Shown here in pieces: positions 55,583-64,000 of a DNA stretch of 64,000 nt. The stretch's first letter is position 1, and each line of letters opens with the position of its first letter. The notes beneath the pieces were generated by a model that was not told the DNA's origin, searched no databases, and saw only the letters and a list, made by a program, of their open reading frames with translations. Origin of the DNA: an uncultured Gammaproteobacteria bacterium. GTDB lineage: Bacteria; Patescibacteriota; Patescibacteriia; Magasanikbacterales; GWA2-37-8. The stretch spans positions 45,065 through 109,064 of the forward strand of contig CAZXML010000001.1 in the NCBI GenBank assembly GCA_964641245.1. Reading direction: 5' to 3'. Made by a program: the position numbers and the translations under genes.

Positions 55583-56248
55583 ATGACCAAAATTAAAGAT
55601 ATTCCTAAAATAGACAGACCCAGGGAAAAATTAATAAAGTACGGTCCGGAGAAATTATCTAACTCAGAATTGTTGGCAATTTTATTAGGTACGGGAGTAA
55701 AAGGTGTGAATGTAGTGGAATTATCAAATAAAATTCTAAAGAAATTTAGCAGCGTAGGTTTGGCCACCGCAAATTTTGATGAATTAAAAAATACTTTTGG
55801 CCTGGGTCCCGCCAAAGCCTGCGAAATCTCTGCTTGTTTTGAATTAGGACGTAGATTGCTAAAAGACAAGAAGTTCGCTTTGCTTTTGTCCCCTCAAGAG
55901 GTGTGGCAGGAGTTAAGGGATCTCCGGGATTTAAAGAAGGAGCATTTTGTTATTTTTTATCTTGATACCAGAAATCAGGAAATTAAACGGGACATCATTT
56001 CGTTCGGTACTCTTAATGCAAATTTAGTCCACCCACGCGAAGTATTTGAACCGGCCATTATCCACTGCGCCGCCCAAATTATCGTCGCCCACAACCACCC
56101 TTCCGGCAATCCTGAACCATCCGAAGAGGATATAGAAATCACCAAGCGTTTGGTGGAAGCGGGGAAGATATTGGGAATAGAGGTGTTAGATCATGTAATA
56201 GTAACTAAATCAGGCTTTAGTAGTCTTAAAGAGTTGGGCTTAATGTAA
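55583..56248 (+). CDS. radC: RadC-like JAB/MPN domain protein (UPF0758)
   Basis: HhH N-terminus and the JAMM motif HNHPSG...E. 221 aa from the internal ATG. The upstream ORF extension is a translation of the repeat cluster. Confidence 0.8.
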   Translation: MTKIKDIPKIDRPREKLIKYGPEKLSNSELLAILLGTGVKGVNVVELSNKILKKFSSVGLATANFDELKNTFGLGPAKACEISACFELGRRLLKDKKFALLLSPQEVWQELRDLRDLKKEHFVIFYLDTRNQEIKRDIISFGTLNANLVHPREVFEPAIIHCAAQIIVAHNHPSGNPEPSEEDIEITKRLVEAGKILGIEVLDHVIVTKSGFSSLKELGLM

Positions 56249-56385
56249 ATTTGACAAATCATTGTATGTACGTTATTATGTACATATCCGTATTCCCCGC
56301 TTGGGCGGGGTAGGGGTGGGTTGGCCACTTCATTGTCATCCCGACCGCAGTGGAGGGATCCCTTAACCATTTTAATTAATATAAT

Positions 56386-56739
56386 ATGAACACCAAAACC
56401 ACCCTCTCCATCTCCGAAGCCAGAAAAAAAATATTTGACATCGCCGAAGCAGTGCAACGCCCGGGGAATTATTATACCATTACAGAAAATGGAAAGCCAA
56501 AAGCGGTGCTGATGAGTGCGGAGGAATTTGAGTCGTGGGTAGAAACAATGGAAATTTTGAGTGACCCAAAAGCAATGAAACGGATTGAACAGGCGGAAAA
56601 GGAGCTAAGGCGCGGTGATTATGTAAGTTGGACTGATTTTAAAAAAGGATGGGGGCATACGCAAAAGACCGGTGTTATGGCATTGGCAGATAAAGGCAAA
56701 AAAAAGTATCGTGTTGGCGGTGGAAAAAAGAAGCGTTAA
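56386..56739 (+). CDS. Phd/YefM-family antitoxin
   Basis: LSISEARKKIFDIAEAV....YTITENGKPKAVLMSAEEFESW.ET.EIL. Confidence 0.7.
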   Translation: MNTKTTLSISEARKKIFDIAEAVQRPGNYYTITENGKPKAVLMSAEEFESWVETMEILSDPKAMKRIEQAEKELRRGDYVSWTDFKKGWGHTQKTGVMALADKGKKKYRVGGGKKKR

Positions 56740-56740
56740 T

Positions 56741-57004
56741 ATGCCCACAGAATTCTTTGTTAAAACACCTCCGTCAGTCCAAAAATCAATGCGTAAAATA
56801 CCTTTTCCGTGGATAGAAAGAATTAGAATGGCGATAGATAGTATTTCGATAGATCCATTCCAGGGTGAAAAAATGCTTGGACGATATAAACATGCGCGGA
56901 AAGTGCGTGTTTGGCCATATAGAATTATTTATGTTGTGGATAAGGTAAATAGAGTCGTTTCTCTGCTAGAAGTCGATCATCGGGGGAGTATGTCGTATGA
57001 TTAA
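56741..57004 (+). CDS. RelE/ParE-family toxin
   Basis: It starts 2 nt after the antitoxin stop. C-terminal YRIIYVVDKVNRVVSLLEVDHR. Confidence 0.7.
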   Translation: MPTEFFVKTPPSVQKSMRKIPFPWIERIRMAIDSISIDPFQGEKMLGRYKHARKVRVWPYRIIYVVDKVNRVVSLLEVDHRGSMSYD

Positions 57005-57183
57005 AAAGTTACAGTCTCCGCGTCTGGCCGTACAGGATAATTTATCGGGTATATAAAGACCTTGTTTTGTTGGTTATTATCCGTATTGGGCATCGGCAAG
57101 GAGTGTATTAATTTTCTTGACTTTATAGCTGAAATGGCGCAAAATTAAAGGGAATTATTTATGTATTTAACCGTGTATTTTAT

Positions 57184-58206
57184 ATGGACAAGAAAGAACT
57201 TATAGCACAAATTGAACAAACCAGAGGGTCGAAAGTTATAACCTATTTAACAAGCGATAGACAGGGGCCGGTTAATGCCCGCATTGCCATGGATATCATA
57301 CCAATTTTTAGCCGACAGCTTCGTTTAATGGGGAAGGTAAGCAAAATCGACCTTTTTCTTTATAGCTCTGGCGGCGACACCATGGTGCCTTGGCGTTTAG
57401 TTTCTATGATTCGCGAATACTGCGATACATTTTCGGTTCTTATTCCGTACAAGGCCCACAGCTCTGCAACCATGATATCATTGGGTGCGGACGAGATAGT
57501 CATGAGCGATTTATCGGAAATTTCTCCGATTGACCCATCCACGGCCAACGTTTTTAATCCAACCGATCCGCAAAATCCGCAGATGAAAATTCCAATCTCC
57601 GTGGAAGACGTGATGGCATATTTTGACTTAGCTAAAAATAAATTTGGAATAAAAAGCGATGAGCAGTTGACTGATATCTTTACCGAATTTATTGGCGCTA
57701 ACCCTCAGATTCATCCGCTCGCGTTGGGCAATGTAAATCGTACGCACAATTTAATCCGTATGTTGGCCAGACGTTTGTTGAAAAGCCATAAGTCGCCAAT
57801 GAAAGAAGATGAAATAGAAAAAGTGGTAGATTATTTTACCGAGAAATTATATTCACATCAATATTTTGTTGGCCGCAAAGAAGCCAGAGAGGACTTGAAT
57901 GTTAAGACTGTTGTTGATGCCGAAAAAAACCTGGCAAACTTAATGACCACACTTTATGATGTATACAAGAGTGAGATGGAGCTGGACAAAATGTGGGTGC
58001 CGGAAAATGAACTTGGACCAGTCATGCAAAGTAGAAAGGAGTATAAGATTGCCTGCATAGACAGTGCCGCGACAGATAATCATTTCAAACTTGCAATAGA
58101 ATTTAAACGACAACAAGTTAATATTGTACAACAAACACCTCAAGGTCCGATCCAAATTCCGCAGGAACAGGTAGGATTTAAGATTGTGGAGCAGGGGTGG
58201 AAATAA
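57184..58206 (+). CDS. SDH_sah / ClpP-fold serine peptidase (S49-like)
   Basis: IDLFLYSSGGD...PYKAHSSATMISLGADEIVMSDLSEISPIDPS matches the ClpP/SDH nucleophile-Ser region. Confidence 0.55.
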   Translation: MDKKELIAQIEQTRGSKVITYLTSDRQGPVNARIAMDIIPIFSRQLRLMGKVSKIDLFLYSSGGDTMVPWRLVSMIREYCDTFSVLIPYKAHSSATMISLGADEIVMSDLSEISPIDPSTANVFNPTDPQNPQMKIPISVEDVMAYFDLAKNKFGIKSDEQLTDIFTEFIGANPQIHPLALGNVNRTHNLIRMLARRLLKSHKSPMKEDEIEKVVDYFTEKLYSHQYFVGRKEAREDLNVKTVVDAEKNLANLMTTLYDVYKSEMELDKMWVPENELGPVMQSRKEYKIACIDSAATDNHFKLAIEFKRQQVNIVQQTPQGPIQIPQEQVGFKIVEQGWK

Positions 58207-58222
58207 AAATAATATACATCAT

Positions 58223-58918
58223 ATGACTAAATTAAAACCTTATTTTTCATTGCTAATCATTATCTTCTTATTCACTTCAATCTCGGTTCTTTTATACTTT
58301 TTAAACTCAAAATTGATAAAAGAATCAGATTTTTATGTTGCTCTAGTCACATTCTTTGTGGGTAGTTTTGTGATTTATTTGTATATTGCCCAAAAAGCTG
58401 GGTTTAAGAGGGATGCTGCAAATATACTTCTAATGGAAGTTAGATATGCTGAGAATACAATTGATCGGATGAAGGAAGGGCAACTGTTGTTAAATAATGA
58501 GAATAAATTGCTCCCGGTTAATAATTGGTCAAAGTATAATTATTTATTTATAAATGATTTAGATCGTGACGAACTTGATCTGATAAATAATTTCTATAAT
58601 AAATGTCTGCTAATTGATGAATCGCTAAATCAGTTAAGTATTTCTAAACAACTGGAACAAAAATCAGGACATATTCATAGTGCTTTAGTTAAGCTTGCAT
58701 TAGATTTAAGTCAGCAGAACCCAACTGCCGATCCGGCTGTTTTAATACAGAATTTTAATCAAACAAAAATTCTATTTATTAAAATGATATCATCTGATGG
58801 ATATGCTTTCTTGCCAGATAAACCAAAGCAGGAGTTGCTCAATGCTTTGACTAACATAGAAAAAATTACAACCAGTAGCCCAGGTACGAAATTAAAGCAA
58901 ATTGCAAACATTCGTTAA
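58223..58918 (+). CDS. Hypothetical two-TM membrane protein, translationally coupled to the upstream peptidase
   Basis: Its ORF overlaps the end of the peptidase gene. Two N-terminal TM helices, and the mod gene starts 4 nt downstream. Confidence 0.4.
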   Translation: MTKLKPYFSLLIIIFLFTSISVLLYFLNSKLIKESDFYVALVTFFVGSFVIYLYIAQKAGFKRDAANILLMEVRYAENTIDRMKEGQLLLNNENKLLPVNNWSKYNYLFINDLDRDELDLINNFYNKCLLIDESLNQLSISKQLEQKSGHIHSALVKLALDLSQQNPTADPAVLIQNFNQTKILFIKMISSDGYAFLPDKPKQELLNALTNIEKITTSSPGTKLKQIANIR

Positions 58919-58921
58919 AGT

Positions 58922-60499
58922 ATGCCCACACTCAACTGGATCGGAAAAGATAAAATTACTAATCATGACAAGGATGTGCCGTTCCGGCTGTTGAAGAAAA
59001 ATAACAAACTTTCGCTTGGGCAAAGTGATAATTTGGTTGTGGAAGGTGATAATTTGGAGGCATTAAAGGCATTAATGCCTTTTTATTATAATAAAGTAAA
59101 ATGTATCTATATTGACCCACCATATAACACCGGCAATGAGGGGTGGGTTTATAACGACAGGGTAAATTCAACAAGAATTCAGGAGTGGCTGGGTAAGGCC
59201 GTCGGACCGGAAGGGGAGGATCTTACGCGCCACGACAAGTGGTTGTGCATGATGTATCCACGGCTAAAGCTGTTAAAAGATTTATTACGGGATGACGGAG
59301 TTATTTTTATTTCCATTGATGACAATGAACATTGTAGCTTGCGAATGATTGTGGATGAAATTTTTGGTATAGAAAATTTTGTTGAATCTTTTATCTGGAA
59401 ATCTAGACTTGGAAAAGGTGCTACTTCTCAGACTACAGCCAAATTGCATGAATATGTTGTGGCTTATGCAAAAAATATCCAACAACTGGAATTTAAAACC
59501 GACAAAAGAATTAGTGTTGGTGAGGCCAAAGAAAGACTGCGACAGTGGGGGCAAGGTGATCGAAGAGAGGATCGTCCCACGATGTATTATTCTGTGTATT
59601 CAAAAAAATTTGGTAAGGTATACCCGATAAGACCAGATGGAAGTGGTGGACGATGGCGCATAAGTAAAAATAAAATGGAGGAGTTAATTTCTGGCGGGTC
59701 TGTTATTTTTGAAAAACAGAAGGATGGTCGCATCGAAGCTTATAGAATTATACCGTCTGGTTCAGAAACAAATACCGCCTATTCATCTATTCTTAATTCT
59801 GACATTGTAAAAACGACCGCACACGGTAGTACGGAATTGAAGGAGGTTTTTGGTAAGCAAATTTTTGCTTACCCTAAACCCGCCAGCCTAATCAAAGAAT
59901 TAGTTTCGCTTTGTGCTGAAAAAGACAAAGAGGCGATAATTCTCGACTCATTTGCTGGTTCCGGCACAACTGGCCATGCGGTTTTGGAATTAAATAAAGA
60001 GGACGGTGGGAATCGTAAGTTTATTTTGGTAGAAATGGAAGAAAAAATTGCCAAAGAAATTACTTCGGAAAGAATGAGGCGGGTGATCGGCGGGTATTCC
60101 TATAAAACTAATAGCGATAAGTCAGTGAAAGTTGCTGGTTTAGGTGGCGGATTTGAATATGTTGAACTGGGTTCCACGTTATTTTCTAACGCCGGAGCGA
60201 TTAGTGACAGCGTAAAATATTTTGACTTGGCCAGCTATGTATTTTTTACTGAAACGCTTACCAATTTAGAAAAGAGGAAAGTTAAAGAGCCATATTTGGG
60301 TAATTTTGCTGATTCTGATTACTATCTACTGTTCACCGGCAAGGACAAAAATATTTTGGATCGTAAGTTTTTAAAACAAATCCAAAATAAAACTAGCCGC
60401 AACGTAATTTATGCAGATAAATGTTTATTAGATGAAGATATGTTGGAAAAGTACCAAATTATTTTCAAACAAATTCCGTATCAGATTAAGGTATATTAA
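58922..60499 (+). CDS. mod: Type III R-M Mod-like beta-class N6-adenine / N4-cytosine DNA methyltransferase
   Basis: Motif IV IYIDPPYN precedes motif I LDSFAGSGTTGHAV. Confidence 0.8.
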   Translation: MPTLNWIGKDKITNHDKDVPFRLLKKNNKLSLGQSDNLVVEGDNLEALKALMPFYYNKVKCIYIDPPYNTGNEGWVYNDRVNSTRIQEWLGKAVGPEGEDLTRHDKWLCMMYPRLKLLKDLLRDDGVIFISIDDNEHCSLRMIVDEIFGIENFVESFIWKSRLGKGATSQTTAKLHEYVVAYAKNIQQLEFKTDKRISVGEAKERLRQWGQGDRREDRPTMYYSVYSKKFGKVYPIRPDGSGGRWRISKNKMEELISGGSVIFEKQKDGRIEAYRIIPSGSETNTAYSSILNSDIVKTTAHGSTELKEVFGKQIFAYPKPASLIKELVSLCAEKDKEAIILDSFAGSGTTGHAVLELNKEDGGNRKFILVEMEEKIAKEITSERMRRVIGGYSYKTNSDKSVKVAGLGGGFEYVELGSTLFSNAGAISDSVKYFDLASYVFFTETLTNLEKRKVKEPYLGNFADSDYYLLFTGKDKNILDRKFLKQIQNKTSRNVIYADKCLLDEDMLEKYQIIFKQIPYQIKVY

Positions 60500-60843
60500 T
60501 CAAGAATTTTAGGGTTAAATGTGGCGCTGTGTTCCAAGACATTGGCAATGGCGCGGATAGTGTCTTGAGCTGTGAGGGAGGTTTCGCTCAAAGAAACGAT
60601 ATAGGTGCCGCGCGACGGCGATGAAAAAACACCAGTATTTACCAGTGCGCTATGCACATCAGCGTAAGATACAAACGGGCTCATTTCCGAATTAATCCAC
60701 ATAACAGGTTTGGCAGTCCAGAATTCGGCGTCTTGGCCCAGGCAGGTTGATGTCACCAGCATCACTAACCCACTACCAGTCGATATGTTTTGTAAGTTGG
60801 AATTATAAGCTAAACCCGATGTCAGATAAATATCTTCTTTCAT
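60496..60843 (-). CDS. Hypothetical protein encoded antisense between mod and res
   Basis: 115-aa ORF in a locally GC-richer segment, convergent with mod and divergent from res. Confidence 0.35.
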   Translation of the reverse strand: MKEDIYLTSGLAYNSNLQNISTGSGLVMLVTSTCLGQDAEFWTAKPVMWINSEMSPFVSYADVHSALVNTGVFSSPSRGTYIVSLSETSLTAQDTIRAIANVLEHSATFNPKILD

Positions 60844-60897
60844 AAAAATAAATTAAGAATAAGGCGTTATTGTAACATTCATTTTAAATACAAGCAA

Positions 60898-63183
60898 ATG
60901 CAGCTTAAAAAATACCAACAAAAAGTATTAGATGCTCTGGAAAAGTATGTTCTGGAGATTAAAAAATACGACACCGCCAAGGCGGCGGGTGTGGCTTTTA
61001 TGGTCCAAGCGGATAAGCAGTATAATTGGGTGCCGGAGTTGGGGAGTAGCCCATTCGTTTGTGTAAAGGTACCTACCGGTGGAGGTAAAACAATTATCGC
61101 TTCTTCGGCTTTAGGTGTTTTGTTTAAACAGTTTGTGCCGGAGAGAAATGATCACGGATTAGTAATGTGGTTTGTGCCTTCGGACGCAATTAAAAAACAA
61201 ACCTTAGATAATTTACGTAATCGTAAGCATCCTTACCGTTCGATTTTGGATGATCGTTTTGATACCGCAGTTAAAGTTTTTGATTTATCAGAAGCCAAGA
61301 CAATGAAGAAGGATGATTTACGGGATAATGCCTGCATAGTTGTTACGACTCTAAGCGCCTTTAGGCGCACTGACAGAGAGTGGCTTAAGGTTTTTCAAGA
61401 CAACGGAAGTCTGATGACTCATTTTGAGAATGAAGAAATTGACAAGTTGGATTTTTTACAGAAAAACAAACAAGGTGGTGTGGTTTTTTCTTTGGCCAAT
61501 GTTATAAAATTATATAATCCTTTGGTGATTGTTGATGAAGGGCATAATGTCCAAACGAATTTGTCTTTTGACATGTTGAAGGAATTGAATCCGGCGTTTA
61601 TTTTGGAGTTTACTGCCACGCCAAAAGGGCAAAGCAATGTTTTGATAAATATTTCAGCTCAGGAATTGAAAGAAGAGAAAATGATTAAAATGCCAATTTA
61701 TTTGGCGAATCAAACACCTTGGCAAGATACTGTTTATGCCGGTATTGAGAAAATTAAGGAATTGGAAAAGATCACACAAAAATTAAAAGGTGAATACATA
61801 CGACCAATTATGCTTATTCAGGCGGAGCAAGAATTGGTTAATGAAAAGAAAATTTATGTAGATAAAATTGTTAAATTTTTATTGGAGGAAGCAAAAATTC
61901 CCGCTGAACAAATCGCCATTCAAACCAGTAAAACTAAGCAGTTGCCTACAGCCGAAGAATTAGCCGATAAAAAATGTCCGATAAGATATATTATTACAGT
62001 TAATGCTTTGCGTGAGGGTTGGGACTGTCCTTTCGCCTATGTTTTGGTGTCGGTATCCAATATGGGCGCCAGACTTTCGGTGGAGCAAACCATCGGTCGT
62101 CTAATGCGTTTACCGGGAGCCAAAGAAAAAGCGGACCCGGCTTTAAATTCGGCCTATGTTTTTGCTTGTACTAGGAATTTTAGTGAAACATCAGAAATGG
62201 TAATTAAGGCGTTGCAAGAAAACGGATATGAGGATGTCGTTGGTGTTGCAAACGGTGTTAATATTGTGCGGAATGTTTTTGCACGGAAAATTAAAGATAA
62301 AAATATTATTTTGCCATTATTGAATATTAAAGAAGGTGAAAAATATCGTAAGATGGATTATGTTGGAGATTTAATTGGCGATGACTCAATATTGGTTTCC
62401 GCTTCTTTTTCTGGTGGTGTTAAGCTGGAAAGTGATAGTAAAATGATAAAAATTGATATTGGTCATGAGGGTGAACTGGTGCGCGATTCTGTTGGAAAAT
62501 TGGGGCTTATTTACCATCATCAGGATTTATCGCGCGCAGAATTAGAAAGTTGGTTTATTACCAAAATTCAACGCGGCTTTATTTCCATAAAAGAAATGAG
62601 TGGATATGTCTCTAAAGCCATTGGAGTTTTATTAAGTAAGTATAGTTTAAGCGCTCTTAGTACAAATCGTTATCAGGTCAAAGAAGAAATTGATCGACAG
62701 ATTGATTTAGCGGTTGATAAACATACAAAGAAAAAATTTATTGAATTAAAAAAGTTGTTAAAATCTGAAGGCGAAGGCCTTGTGTTGGGAGCTGAAATTA
62801 GTTTACTACAATACACTAAAGATAACTTTATTAAGCACCTATACGAACGAGCTGGAGCAATGAATCGGGAAGAATTAGATTTAGCGTTTAAAATTGATAA
62901 TTCGGATAATGTTTTATGGTGGTTCCGCAATCCGGACGTTGGCGGGTTTTATATTCAAGGTTGGCTGAAGCATAAATTTTATCCGGATTTTGTTGTTAAA
63001 ACTAAAAAAGGCAATTATTTCGTTTTGGAATATAAAGGTGAACATTTAGAAGGATCGGAAGATTCGGAATATAAAATGGAGATAGGAAAAATATGGCAGG
63101 AGTTAGCAGATAAAAATTATCACTTTGAATGGGTGGACAAGAAAAATATGGTGGAGGTAGTTGATAAAATTAGCAAATTATGA
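60898..63183 (+). CDS. res: Type III restriction enzyme Res subunit (SF2 helicase plus a PD-(D/E)xK nuclease)
   Basis: Motif I KVPTGGGKT, motif II VIVDEGHN, motif III FTATP, ALREGWDCP, motif VI QTIGRLMR, and a C-terminal PD...EYK. Confidence 0.8.
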   Translation: MQLKKYQQKVLDALEKYVLEIKKYDTAKAAGVAFMVQADKQYNWVPELGSSPFVCVKVPTGGGKTIIASSALGVLFKQFVPERNDHGLVMWFVPSDAIKKQTLDNLRNRKHPYRSILDDRFDTAVKVFDLSEAKTMKKDDLRDNACIVVTTLSAFRRTDREWLKVFQDNGSLMTHFENEEIDKLDFLQKNKQGGVVFSLANVIKLYNPLVIVDEGHNVQTNLSFDMLKELNPAFILEFTATPKGQSNVLINISAQELKEEKMIKMPIYLANQTPWQDTVYAGIEKIKELEKITQKLKGEYIRPIMLIQAEQELVNEKKIYVDKIVKFLLEEAKIPAEQIAIQTSKTKQLPTAEELADKKCPIRYIITVNALREGWDCPFAYVLVSVSNMGARLSVEQTIGRLMRLPGAKEKADPALNSAYVFACTRNFSETSEMVIKALQENGYEDVVGVANGVNIVRNVFARKIKDKNIILPLLNIKEGEKYRKMDYVGDLIGDDSILVSASFSGGVKLESDSKMIKIDIGHEGELVRDSVGKLGLIYHHQDLSRAELESWFITKIQRGFISIKEMSGYVSKAIGVLLSKYSLSALSTNRYQVKEEIDRQIDLAVDKHTKKKFIELKKLLKSEGEGLVLGAEISLLQYTKDNFIKHLYERAGAMNREELDLAFKIDNSDNVLWWFRNPDVGGFYIQGWLKHKFYPDFVVKTKKGNYFVLEYKGEHLEGSEDSEYKMEIGKIWQELADKNYHFEWVDKKNMVEVVDKISKL

Positions 63184-63815
63184 ACCCTGAAACCAAAGCT
63201 AGAATCATAGTTAATTTAAAAAGATGGGTTTTTAATCACGATTTTAATTTCATCAAAGCACTAGTTGCGTTAGCTGTTTTAGTTTTTTTATGTTTAGCTC
63301 TTATTAATCAATTCGGTCCCGTAACAAAGACTAATGATGATTTTTCTATTGTTTTAAGCATGGTAAGCATGCTAGTTTTAGGCGGAACATTTTTTGCTAT
63401 TTTTTGGAATACATTAGAAACTAAAAGTTTAAAAGAGCTTCAGATGAAACAGATAAATCTTAGTTTAAAACCAATACTTATTATATTCAAGAAGCACCAC
63501 CCTAATCATGGGGATGTAGATACGATAAAAAATATTGGACTTGGAGTTGCGAATAATATTAAATTTGAAGAATTGCAAGATAGCGGTGGTTTCAAACATC
63601 AATTTAATACAAAAAAATTATTAGCACCTCAAGAAGAATATAGAGTCGAGATGAGTGTTTTGGGTAGTATGTTACCGCCAATTTTTTCTTTTATAAATTT
63701 ATTTAGAAATGAAAAGATTGTATTAAAGGTTGACTTTGAAGACATTGATGGCATGCCATATCGTACGAATTTAGAGATCGACAAAGGGGAAATTAGGATT
63801 ATTAATCAAGTTTAG
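63180..63815 (+). CDS. Hypothetical membrane protein overlapping the res stop (ATGA)
   Basis: ORF with N-terminal TM helices, translationally coupled to res. Confidence 0.35.
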   Translation: MNPETKARIIVNLKRWVFNHDFNFIKALVALAVLVFLCLALINQFGPVTKTNDDFSIVLSMVSMLVLGGTFFAIFWNTLETKSLKELQMKQINLSLKPILIIFKKHHPNHGDVDTIKNIGLGVANNIKFEELQDSGGFKHQFNTKKLLAPQEEYRVEMSVLGSMLPPIFSFINLFRNEKIVLKVDFEDIDGMPYRTNLEIDKGEIRIINQV

Positions 63816-64000
63816 TGTTTTAATCCATGTCCCAATACTACAACCCCCAACGCACATCGCGAATGTACATACCGGGCGCATCAGAACCATTCAAACTCTC
63901 TCGCTCCAAGATAGATCTTTTTTTAAACTGCCCTCGCTGTTGTGTAGATCTGTAGTTTTAAGCGGTTTTTCCTTCAAAAAGTTATCCACATTGCAAGATT

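Overview
This 64-kb window looks like a Candidate Phyla Radiation (Patescibacteria)-type genome. Coding runs mostly on the + strand, with compact housekeeping genes interleaved with accessory material. The housekeeping set is frr, glyQS, tpiA, holB, mnmA, alaS, recR-ybaB-dnaB (- strand), and the infA-rpmJ-rpsM-rpsK-rpsD-rpoA-rplQ-rplM-rpsI ribosomal block, plus rplU and rpmG. RNA genes are tRNA-Thr(UGU) with an upstream 5' pseudo-copy, tRNA-Thr(GGU), tRNA-Trp(CCA) and a probable tmRNA. The 5' end holds a 3003-aa repetitive surface protein bracketed by a receiver protein, a multi-PAS histidine kinase and a second receiver. There are two NUDIX hydrolases, HIT, DUF192, an M16 peptidase, a membrane-anchored ClpC-like unfoldase, a BNR lipoprotein and a polysaccharide cluster (flippase, GT4, GT2, GtrA, MraY/WecA-like). 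The most unusual feature is a dense population of miniature palindromic elements ending TGTCAT...ATGACA, here called families A-H. They sit in intergenic regions and also in frame inside essential genes (mnmA three times, alaS, glyS), which parallels Rickettsia palindromic elements. The 3' ~11 kb is an AT-rich accessory/defence-like island. It has a ~2.5-kb segment flanked by ~290-bp direct repeats (AntA-like, DUF3800, zinc-ribbon genes), RadC, Phd/RelE, HicAB and a Type III R-M system. The R-M system is in an operon with an SDH/ClpP-like serine protease and membrane proteins, and a reverse-oriented ORF sits between mod and res. Function calls are from motif recognition by eye, with no database search. 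Coordinates of RNAs and repeats are approximate to a few nt.
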